A stretch of 64,000 bases of DNA, from positions 89,835,373-89,899,372 of the forward strand of contig JASCQW010000043.1 in NCBI GenBank assembly GCA_030264375.1. Direction: 5' to 3'. This DNA is from Carcharhinus longimanus (Eukaryota). Under the pieces are notes generated by a model, which was not told where the DNA came from, ran no database searches, and saw nothing but the letters and a program-made list of their open reading frames with translations. Positions 49,170 through 60,160 of the stretch are shown one piece after another. The position numbers and the translations under genes are program-made. Position 1 is the first letter of the stretch; every line of letters starts with the position of its first letter.

Positions 49170-50710
49170 GGGCAAGCTAGCCAACATAAATTGGGAGACG
49201 ATACAAAAGAAGTGACAGTAGCAATGGCTAAATTAGCATTTAAATAATCATACGTAATTTTCAACAGTGGTTTCAGGCACCAAGAACTTGCAGAAAAAAT
49301 GATCCATTCAGTGTTAGATCAAATGGAGAGACTTCTAATGTTGGCAAAAGAGTAGCATGTCAGACGATCGGGAAGATTTTAGCAATCAGAAAAGAAAGAC
49401 CATGAAATTAAGAAGGAAAGAATATATCAGTTGAAAACAAGAGTTTTCTGTAAGTAAATAAAAGAGAAGGAATCGACAAAAGTGAGGGTGGACCCGTAGA
49501 ATGTTGTGTGTTTGGATTTTTAAAAAGCATTTGATAAAGATCTGCTACACGAAAAGTAAAGACTAGGGATCATATTATTAGCCTGACAATGGCTAGAAAA
49601 CAGGTTAGAAATGAGTGGGATATTTTCTGTCTTGCAGGCTTAACTAGTGGGGTACCACAAGGATCAATAGATCTTGGCTATTTACAATCTAAATGACTTT
49701 GAAGGGACTGAGTGGAATGTATCCAAGTTTGCTGCTGTCAGATGGGAAAATAATGGTGTGAGGAGGACCCAAAGAGGCTGCAGGTGGATATAGACAGGTT
49801 GGTGAGTGTGCAGGAACAAGACAGGTGGGAGAGTGTGGCAAAGTATGAAGTTACCCAGCCCTGGTAGGAAAAATAGAAAAGCAGATTTTTTTTTGCATGG
49901 TGAAAGGTGGGAAATGTTTGTATTCATCGAGCCCTGGGTGTCCCTGTGTATGAATCATAAAGTTAATATGCAGGTACAACAAGCAATTATAAAGTCAAAT
50001 AGTATTTTTGCTTTNNNNNNNNNNNNNNNNNNNNNNNNNNNNNNNNNNNNNNNNNNNNNNNNNNNNNNNNNNNNNNNNNNNNNNNNNNNNNNNNNNNNNN
50101 NNNNNNNNNNNNNNTTGCTTTTGTTACAAATTTATGTGTAAGAATAGAGAAGTCTTGGTATAATTACACGGGGCATTTGCGAGGTCACACCTAGAGTGAT
50201 GTGTGCAGCACTCCTTACCTAAGCAGGGACGTAATTGCCTGAAACGGCACGCAACAATTATTCTCTGGGCTAATTCCTGGGCTGAGGGAGTTGTCTTAAG
50301 AAAAGAAAGTGAGTAGGTTACACCTTTATTTCCTGAAATTTAGAAGAATAAGATGTGATCTAATTAAAACATGTAAAATTCTTAAGGAGCTTGGCAGTGC
50401 GGATGCTAGTGGGTGGGAGCCTCATTACCTCCATTAAGCACTGCCCAGAGCCTCAGAGTAAGTCTTTGAGGACTAAGATGAGAAATTTCTTCACTCAGAA
50501 GGTTGTGAATTTTTGGAATTCTATATTTTGGTGCTGCAGATGTGAGTCAGCAGAGTTTAATAGATTTTTGGGCACAAAGGCAATTAATTACAGAAGATGG
50601 GGACATTGGATAAAGGTTAGGTGGAGCTGAGGTATTGAATCAGCCATGAACTTGTTGAAGAAGAATAAGATCAAAGGGCCTAAACATTTATTCCTGCTCC
50701 TATTTTTATG
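49170..50710 (+). mobile_element. Decayed CR1 LINE ORF2
   Basis: V..LDF.KAFDK, TSGVPQGS, SKFA, MRNFFTQKVVNFWNS; tail attcctgctcctatttttatg. Confidence 0.85.
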
Positions 50711-50849
50711 TTTTAATATCATCTATGAGCTTGTGGCATATGATAGAAGCTCCAAGACATTTTGGAACAACGTTTTCCATAGAATAGAATCATAAAATCC
50801 CTACATCGCAGAAAGAGACTATTCAGCTCATTGAGTCTGCACCAACAAC

Positions 50850-51366
50850 ATAAGAACCTAAGAACATAACTAAGTGCAGGAATAGGCCATCTGGCCCCTT
50901 GAGCATGCTCTGTCATTCAGTAAGATCATGGCTGATCTTTTTGTGGACTCAGCTCCACTTACCCACCCATCATAACCCTTAGTTCTTTACTGTTCAAAAA
51001 TGTATCAATCCTTGCCTTAAAAACATTCAGAGAGCCTCAACTGCTTCATTGGGCAGGGAATTCCACAGATTCACATGTGTCTAGGAAGGATAGGCAGGAG
51101 GAAAGAGGGGGGGGGTAGCGTAGCTCTGCTGATTAAGGATAGCATCAAGGTGGTAGCAAGGGATGACATTGGAGCCAAAGAGCAGAAAGTGGANNNNNNN
51201 NNNNNNNNNNNNNNNNNNNNNNNNNNNNNNNNNNNNNNNNNNNNNNNNNNNNNNNNNNNNNNNNNNNNNNNNNNNNNNNNNNNNNNNNNNNNNTTATTGA
51301 ATGGCGGGGCAGGCTCGAAGGGCTAGATGGCCTACTCCTGCTCCTATTTCTTATGTTCTTATGTTC
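50850..51366. mobile_element. Minus-strand CR1 3' end joined to a young plus-strand CR1 spanning a gap
   Basis: 50850-51074 is a reverse CR1 tail; 51075-51192 is endonuclease (RKDR..GGG.VALLIKDSI..VARDDIG); after the N gap, an intact tail tcttatgttcttatgttct. Confidence 0.8.
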
Positions 51367-51736
51367 TAAAATGTGAACTTGAGAACGACTTCATTGAATT
51401 GTCTCCATCGATCATCCCTCGATTTGAGATCTATTCAAGGCTGTGAGTTTCTTCCATGGATTTTCATGTGACTGAATTGGCCATCCTCAACTCTCAGATC
51501 TTTGGGTTGCATGGGGCAGGATATCCTGGGACATCTGTGGGAATGGAAGTACAGGGTTTACTTTTCTTTCCTTCTCTGCTGCCCCTCCCAGTCTTTAATG
51601 TTACCACGTTAATGCTACCACGCTTTAAGAAGAGCTTGAGTGCGTTTGAAGCTTTTTCTTCTTGGACATTGGTTATTTGAGAATTGAGAAAACAAGATCT
51701 GGTGGTGGAGACGGTTTTGGACCATTCAGACACAGT

Positions 51737-51868
51737 GAGCAGGGTTTTCTGGTCGCGCTCACTGCATGGTAGGAAAATCTTGCACAAGGTCCGCGGACCA
51801 TTCCGTGGCCCATGGTCTATGTCCCGCCTGTTACGATTCCCGTGGCGTTAGAGGGGAGAATTCCGCCC
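51737..51868. mobile_element. ~135-bp MITE
   Basis: TIRs gagcagggttttc / gagaattccgccc; TSD agt/agt (51734-51736, 51869-51871). Confidence 0.8.
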
Positions 51869-52489
51869 AGTGTCTATTTCGTCAATGTTGATTTCTGCAA
51901 GAATTTTGCCTGACTGCATATAGAGATGCCTTCAAGAACGAGAGCAGTGTTTGTTCACAGTCCTTCCATTGAATTTGGAGGAGGTAGTGGAGACATTGCT
52001 GATGGAATTTCTGTAGCATTCTTATGTGCTGGTGATACACAGTCCAGGTGACAGTGCAGCAGAGGAGTGAACTGCTCTGTATTTTATTAACCTATGGAAT
52101 CAATTGGGCTTTTATTGACTTACGGTGGTCTTTGTTGTCAAACACTCACTGCCACAGTTTATTGAAGTATTTAAAATGGTGAAGGGATTACACTGTGTGT
52201 GCGCAGAATGTTTGCACTAGATGGTTTAGAGTAAATGAGGGGTTATGCGTTTAAGCTTTGTAAGCATGGAACTAGGTTGTACATAAAGATTGGCTATATG
52301 CTACATCATTCAACATTCCACCAACCTTTTGTACACAATGATATTAACCACAGCGAGTAACTCATCTTGCTCGCCATTAAATTGTTGCAAAAATCTGCAT
52401 TCAACACACAATCCAGCAACTTGAACCAAGCATTCTTCTGTATGAAGAAAAACGTGATAGTGAAGCAAAAAATAGGAAGATAATGCACC

Positions 52490-52890
52490 TTAATAAGTGG
52501 CTTGAGAGTTTGAGGGAGGATTTTTAGAGTGCTGGGATCTCTTCCACAACACGTAGGACCTGTACGAAGAGGACAGGTTGCATCTTAACTGGAAGGGCAT
52601 TAACATTCCAGCGGGGAGATTTGATCATGCAGTTTGGGTGGATTTAAGCTAATAAGACGGGTGGGTGGGATCTAGAGCGGTAAGTCATGGAGTACACAGA
52701 CAGACTGTTGAGAACTCAGTGAATGGGTCCTGTAAGTCCCTGCAAAAATGAAGGATAAAGATGGCAAGATTCAGGAACTCTGGATGACGAGAGAGATTGT
52801 GAGCTTAGTGAAAAGAAGGAGGCATACATAAATTTCAGGAAATTGAAAACAGATAAGGCTCATGAAGAATACAAAGCAGGAAAGAGATTG
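52490..52890 (+). mobile_element. CR1 ORF1 C-terminus/ORF2 fragment
   Basis: DLYEEDRLHLNWKGINIPAGRF (DGLHL esterase block), then WMTREIVSLVKRRR. Confidence 0.65.
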
Positions 52891-54044
52891 GGAGTCGAGC
52901 CTACCTGATCCCCAATCTCTTCCAACTTCCAACCTCCAACCTCCAACCTCCTCTGACCCCCCAACCTCCCCCAAATACCCCTGACCTACCCCCCACTTTC
53001 CTTGGAGCTGCCCAATGGTATCTGCCCCCTTAGATTCCCTGTTGCTTAGTGGAGACCGTGGTGCTTACCTCCTTTCTCGCCCCCGGGGGTTATGTTGCTT
53101 GGTTCCTGTTTTTAAAAAGCCGCAGTGATTCATGTTGACGTGATATCACGCCTGGTGGGTGAGAAGATTCGATGAGGGCTGAAGTTGTGACATTAAGCCT
53201 ATGAAAGTGATGCTAATGGATTCAAATTGATGCAACTCAGGACTGTGCCTTTCCTGGAAGTAAACCCGATTATGTCATTGAAGAGGGCTTGGGAAGATCC
53301 CAAAATCTCACTGGTGCAAATCCTGTTTTTGGCTTCTCATGATATTTAGCGGCCATGCTCTGATTTGTGCCTGCGGTTAATAGGTCTGTTAAATCATGCC
53401 CATGTTGTAATTTTTCAGTGTTCATTAAATGGGTCCTCCATTAAAGGCACTGCTTTCAGTTGTGGGATTTTGAGATTTTCTTGCTTGCATTGGGAATGAA
53501 GATGTGTTTCTGGGCCCTTTAATAAGCAACAAGTGTGTCATAGATTAGCATCTTCAATATTTATTTTAAATCCAAGGCATTAACTTTTTAAGGCTGGTCA
53601 GTTATAGTTTATATTGTTTTTGGCCCTGATGATCCTGGATTAAAATCAAGGTAGGGCAGTTATTACGTGTTCATGCACTATTTTCATGCTGGTGTAAAGT
53701 GTTTTCTCATAGAACCCTACAGTGCAAAAGAAGGCCATTCAGCCCATCGAACCTGTACCATCCACAATCCCATCCAGGCCCTATTCCTATAATCCCACAG
53801 ATTTACTCTGTTAATCCCCTGACTCTGGGATCAGTTTTGCATGGCCAGTCAACCTACTGCATATACTTTTGAAGAATGGTAAGATCAAATGGAATCAGCT
53901 TGGCAAACTTAAGTTTGTCAGAAGAACACGTGCTCTCTTACTGCTCAACAAGCATACAGCAAACAGAAGCAACCCTTCGTAGCTTGACAGAGTGTAAGGT
54001 TCAGCAAGCGGAATAATATTGCCAGTGCACTGTATATCAATATT

Positions 54045-54345
54045 TAAAGTTTATTTATTAGTGTCACAGGTAGACTTACATTAACACTGCAATGAAATTA
54101 CTGTGAAAATCCCCTAGTTGCCACACTCCAGCGCCTGTTCGGGTACAATGAGGGAGAATTTAGCACGGCCAGTGCACCTAACCAGCATGTCTTTTGGACT
54201 GTGGGAGGAAACCGGAGCACCCGGAGGAAACCCACACAGACACGGGAAGAATGTGCAGACGCTGCACAGACAGTGACCCAAGCCGGGAATCGAACCTGGG
54301 CCCCTGGTGTTGTGAGACAGCAGTGCTAACCACTGTGCAGCTGCC
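54045..54345 (-). mobile_element. V-SINE with HE1-type head and an alternative (non-HER1) tail
   Basis: Head gcacagtggttagcactgctgtctcac..ggttcgattcccggc; tail gggattttcacagtaatttcattgcagtgttaatgtaag..actaataaataaacttt. Confidence 0.9.
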
Positions 54346-54469
54346 AATTTTTTAGCGCCAATTTTGTTTCTCTAAAACCTATAGCAGGAACCTTAAAGCA
54401 TGCAAATGCTAAGCATCAAGAGGAAAAAAACTGTGAATTAGGGAGATCAATTTGCCTTTGGTTTTTGTT

Positions 54470-54890
54470 TAGTTCTTTCATGATATTTAGGTGTAACTGA
54501 CAAGTCCAACGTTTGTTGCTACTGCCTAAATGCCCTGAGAAGGTGATCAGCCTTGCACCATGGCAGTCCATCTGGTATTAGTAGCACAACTCTGTGTCTT
54601 GGTAGGACACTTCAGAAGGCAGTTAAGAGTTGATCACTGTGAATCTGGAGTTACATGTGTTAAGCACGGCAGGTAAGGATGGCAGATTTCCTTCTCTAAA
54701 GGACCTTAGTAAACTAGTTGAGTTTTTACAACAATTGCTGGCAGTGGTTCAAGTGTATTATTGAGCACTTTTCAATTCCAGATTTTATTAATTGTATTTA
54801 ACTTCTACTAGCTGCAGTGGTGGGATTTGAGCCTATGTCCAGAGACTATTAGCCTGGGCCTCTGGATTACTGCTCCACTTTGCTAACATT
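54470..54890 (-). mobile_element. Older tRNA-SINE of the 6940/45725 family
   Basis: ggtaaggatggcagatttccttctctaaaggac..ggtgggatttgagcc..ctctggattact. Confidence 0.7.
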
Positions 54891-55149
54891 TATCCCAAAT
54901 TTCTTGTTCCGACATATAAATTGAGATGGCTACCTTACATCACTAAGAAAAGCTGGGGGTGGTACAGAGCATGAAACACTCTTCCACTCTTGAAGCTGAT
55001 TCTGATGCAGCCCAGACTGATGTTCTGTTGATTTGAGTTTTACGTCAAATGAATGTGGGTAGTCTCATTGTACCTGAGGGTCAGTAGCACAAAACTGGCT
55101 TTAATAAGTCTAGGCAAAAACTGATTGGACTGCAGATGTAGCCATGATT

Positions 55150-55615
55150 CACGGATGTGGGCATTGCTGGATCAGTCAACATTCATTGCCCATCTCTAAT
55201 TGCCCTTGAGAAGGTGATGAGTTGCCCTTTTGAACCACTGCAGTTCCTCTGGTGTAGGTACGTCCGTAGTGTTGCTAGGAAGGGAGTTCCAGGATTTTGA
55301 CTCAGTGACAGTGAAGGAATGGTACTATGTTTCCAGTCAGGATGGTGAGTGGTTTGGAGGGGAATTTCCATGTGGTAGGGTTCCCATGTGCCTAGCAGTT
55401 AGGTGGTAGAGGTCCTGGGTTTGGAACGTGCTGCCAAAGGTGATTTCCTCCAATGCATCTTGTAGATGATATTCACTGCTGCCACAGTGTGTTAGTGGTG
55501 GAGGGTGTGAATATTTGTGGTTGGGGTGCCAGCCTGTTGGAGCTGCACTCATCCAGACAAGTGGAGAGTATTCCATCACACTTCAGACTTGTGCTTTGGA
55601 AACGGTGGACAGGCA
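55150..55615 (-). mobile_element. 'AWMSAAPT' LINE 3' end
   Basis: Minus ORF MMEYSPLVWMSAAPT plus the family tail. Confidence 0.8.
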
Positions 55616-56325
55616 AGAATAGTTTGTAATGAGGATATATGTAAGTTACTGGGTCAGAACTGGGAAAAGTTACTGCCCAGCTGGTTATTTAATCCTTGTT
55701 TCACAAGTGAATCTCATCATCACATTTCTTTGTAAGTTGTCACACTTGAAACTTTGTAAATTTAACAGTGGATTGCATTTACATCTGTTATGAGAGTGCA
55801 TTAGTCAGCATCATTGGGGTTTCTTAAGTAACCTGGCATACAAAGAACACCAAATGTGTCAGATCGTATGTCTGGGAATATTTCTGTATGGAAATAACAT
55901 CAGCTTGTCACTACAGATTTCTGTCAGATTTTCATCAGAAGTGCATTTCCTTCCTGTCATGCTCACATTTCAATGGTACACTTTGAGAAGAAGTGGAATG
56001 AAGCAAAGCCAGTCATTTTAAATGTATAGTAAGGTTATCTAGGAATAGAAAATCCTGAAGGAAGAATAGCCAGGGTCAGTACCATAGTTAGAGTTAGAAG
56101 TAGTTTTAATTCTTCTAACTTTTCCTCGGTAACTCTTGTGCTAAGAAGGTTGAAATCATTTGAAGTCTCTGATTTCAGTCAGGGAATTGGATGGTTCCCA
56201 GTACAGGGTAATTGCCCACCAGAACTTTCTGGGCAATTGCTGTGAAGATATTGCAGGTGGGATTGCAAGGAGTTCCCCAGTGCACCTTCTGGGCTATCTT
56301 CTGAGTATGTCCTCCCCCACATGTA

Positions 56326-57220
56326 ACATAAGAACTAGGAGCAGGAGTAGGCCATCTGGCCTCTTTGAGCCTGCTGTGCCATTCAATAAGATCATGGCTG
56401 ATCTTTTCAGGGACTCAGCTCCACTTACCCGCCCGCTCACCATAACCCTTACTTCCTTTACTGGCCAAAAATTTATCTATCTTTGCCTTAAAAACATTCA
56501 TTGAGGTAGCCTCAGCTGCTTCACTGGGCAGGGAATTGCACAGATTAACAACCTTTGTGGGAAGAAATCCCTCCTCAACTCAGTCCTAAATCTGCTGCCC
56601 CTTATTTTAAGGCCATGCCGCCTAGCTCTGGTTTCACCTGCCAGTGGAAATAACCTCCCTGCTTCTATCTTATCTATTCCCTTCATAATCTTATATGTTT
56701 CTGTAAAATATCCTCTCATTCTTCGAAATTCCAATGAGTATAGCCCCAGTCAACTTGGTCTCTCTTCATAAGCCAATCCTCTCAACTCCGGAATAAACCG
56801 TATTGAATCCCTTTTGCACCCCCTCCAATGTGAGTTTACCCTTTCTCAAGTAAGGAGACCGAAACTGAATACAGTACTCCAGGTGTGGCCTCACCAGCAT
56901 CTTATACAGCTGCAACATCACTGTTTTTAAACTCCATCCCTCTAGCAATGATGGACAAAATTCCATTTGCCTTCTTAATTACCTACTGCACATGCAAACC
57001 AACATTTTGTGATTCATGCACAAGGACACTCAGGTCCCTCTGCACAGCAGCATGCTGCAATTTTTTACCATTTAAATAATAGTCCATTTTGCTGCTATTC
57101 CTATCAAAATGGATGACCTCACATTTACCAACATTGTACTCCATCTGCCAGAGCCTTGCCCATTCACTTAGACTATCAATATCCCTTTGCAGACTTTCAG
57201 TGTCCTCTGCACACTTTGCT
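56326..57220 (-). mobile_element. Relatively young CR1 (HER1-like) 3' end
   Basis: LQLYKMLVRPHLEYCIQF.SPYLRK, EFRRMRG...ETYKIMKGIDKIEAGRLFPL..RFRTELRR.FF; tail aacataagaactaggagcaggagtaggcc. Confidence 0.9.
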
Positions 57221-57584
57221 CAACAATCCCATCCAGGTCCTATCCCTGTAACCTCACATGTTTACCCTGCTTATTCCTCTAACCTATGCACCCAGGGACA
57301 CTAAGGGGCAATTTAGCAACTTTTGCTGAAGGTTATGAATGATGGTATAAGTAGGTGTTGCAAGGGTCTTTGATGTGGTTTGTTTCAGAGCCATTGAAAA
57401 GAGAGCCCTTTTCATTTTATAACAATCTTGTGGCTTTTATATCTGATCACAAATAGTACTCCCTTATTTTCAATGATAATACTGGCTTTAAGAATCTTGC
57501 ATTCCTTTCCACAATCCTTTCTGTAGCCATTCTTAATTTTCTATAGCTGAATCTGTCCAAGAGTATAATATTGCTCCCACTTCT

Positions 57585-59160
57585 TAGAACATAAGAGGAG
57601 CAGGAGTTGACCGTGGGGTCCCTTGAGCCAGTTTCACTAGTCAAAAGTTCAGACCTGATCTTGACCCTAACTCTACAGTCCTACCATTTCCTTATAATTC
57701 TTGACTCCCTGATAGCTTAAGCACCTGTGATATTAGCCTTGAATGTATTCAGTGACTCAGCCTTCACAACTCTCTAAGTTAGAGAATTCTAAAGAGAGAA
57801 GAATTTTCTCTTCCAGTGCATTTTAAATGAGCAACCCCTATTCTGACACTCTGCCGCCTAGTTCTAATTCCCCTCCCTGCTGCCTATCCGACCCTCAAAC
57901 CCCAATTCCACCATCTTCATGGCTTCTCAAAAGTGGCTGGACCTTCAAACTTAAGCTGCTTTATAGTAGCTAATGCTGTAACAAAGGGGCCCTGGCTTCC
58001 TTAACTCTGACTCTCCTGCCCTCGACTCAACACTAGGCCTCAGTAACTCATTGCACTACATAGTTCTCTGTCAGCCTGATTGGGAAGGTCAGACAAGAAA
58101 GGAGCAGCTGGATTTCAAGGTTCTAAAAAAAACTAGGAACAGAGTGGCAATCTGAATCTGTTATGCGTTAAGTTGTCAAAATTCATAACTACACAATACT
58201 CTAGGTGTGGTCTCACCCTGTTTATCTGGTACAAAACGTCCCTGCTTTAGTACTCCATCCCCCTTGCAGTGAGGCTAACATTCCATTTGCCTTCCTAATT
58301 CCTCCCTATATATGCATTTAACATCTTGTGATTCATGTGCGAAAACACACAATTCTGCTGTAATACAACATTCTATAGTCTGTATTTAACTAATATTCTG
58401 CTTTTCCACTAAAGTGGATAACTTCACATTTTCTCACATTATATTCAATCATTAAAACTTTTGTCCACTTATGTAACCTATCTATATCCCTTTGCAGACT
58501 CAAGGTCATCCTCACAGCTTGCCGTCCTACCTATCTTTGTATCATCAGCAGATCTGCCTGCAATACACTAGTCCCTTCATCCAAGTCATTAATATAGATT
58601 GTAAGCAGTTGAGGTTCCAACATTGATGCTGGTGGTGCCTATTGTAACTGCATTATGATTTTCTAACTATCTTGCTGCGTTCTTTAATAATAGATTCTAA
58701 CATTTTCCCGGATGTTGGGCTAACTGGCCTATAGTTTCTAACTTCTTGCCTCCTTTTTTTTCTTGAATGGAGGTTTACTTTTGTGGTTTTCCACTCTGCT
58801 GAAACTTTGAGAGTTTGGGAATAGTGAAGGATCAAAACCAGAACATCTACTGTCTCTGCAGCCATTTACTTTAAAACCCAAAGGTTCAGGTGACTTACTA
58901 ACCTTAAGTTCTATTAGTTTGTGTAATACTTTTTTTCCTGATAGTTCTTCAACCTCCTCCCTCCGTTTGCTCCATGATTTCTGCTCTTGGGAGACTTTTC
59001 AATTTTGAAGACAGATACGAGTAATAACTGGTCCAAAGTCTCTGCCATTTTGTTTCCCATTATGAATACCCTAATCTCATCCTCGAAAGACCAACTTTTA
59101 CTTTAACTACTCTCTTTTTATATCCATGAAGTTGGTATTGTCTGATTGTATTTCTTGCTA
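57585..59160 (-). mobile_element. Decayed CR1 LINE pieces
   Basis: Tail agaacataagaggagcaggag; minus WKT.KV..KKRRQEVRNYRPVS.TS.GKMLESIIK; ADDTK (tttgtatcatcagca). Confidence 0.75.
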
Positions 59161-59559
59161 GTTTACACACAGGGCTACCTGCTCAGGGATAACCTGACCC
59201 GCACATCTTTTTCACCACCTGAAACACACACCCCAGACATTTGTGACTTTGTCCAGGATTTTTGCCTTTTCACACGCATCAGGTTTACGGTGCATCTTGC
59301 AAGCTACAATGGAGTGCATGAGGGGTGTGGTAACGAGGCAGACTGGTTAGATAGCCTGTCTCAGTTCTCCAACATAGCAGCACCTCTTACCCATCTCATC
59401 AAGATCACCACATACACACATGTTTGCATGCACATGCACATGGGGGTTCCCTGTGGCAGAGGGTACGAATAACTGGAAACCTGGTTAACAGCAGTGGGAG
59501 CAGAAGATCCTGCCAGTGCAGAATAAGCTGTGGAGGGGGTTTTACTTGGTCCATTTGAT

Positions 59560-60160
59560 GTGCATGTGCAGTACAATTCGCAATGACTCAGATACAGAAG
59601 CAGTCTCTGTCCATATGTAGCAAGACCCGAGCAATATCTAGGCCTGGGCTGATACATGGCAAATAATATTTGCATCATACAAGTACCAGATAATGACAAT
59701 CTCAAACAAGAGAGAATCTAACCATCTCCCTCAACATTGTGAAATTCCCAAAAGCTTGTCAGCCATCTACAAGGCACAAGTCAGGAGTGTGATGAAATGC
59801 TTTCCATTGCCCTGGATGAGGGCAGCTCCAACAACACTGAAGATAAGTGGCACCTTCCAGAATAAAGCAGACTGCTTGATTGGCACCCCATCTGCTGTTT
59901 AAATGTTCACTCCATCCACCACCAATGTACAGTACCATCTACTAGATGCACTGCAGAAACTCGCCCAGGCTCCTTAAATAGTATCTTGCAAACCCACAAC
60001 CTCTACCACCAAGAAGGAAAGGGAGCAGATGCTTGAGAACACCACCACCTGTGAGTTGTTCTCCTCGCCACATGCCATCCCAACTTGGAACTATACTGCT
60101 GCTCCTTCACTGGCGCTGGGTCAAAATCTTCTTAACAGCACTGTGGGTGTTCTAATACAA
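59560..60160 (+). mobile_element. 'AWMSAAPT' LINE 3' fragment
   Basis: LSAIYKAQVRSVMKCFPLPWMRAAPTTLK..QNKADCLIGTPS. Confidence 0.85.

Noticed and set aside
52915-52995. C-rich (ccaacct)n tract
   Set aside because: Low-complexity sequence within a probable non-autonomous DNA-transposon remnant; no independent evidence of function
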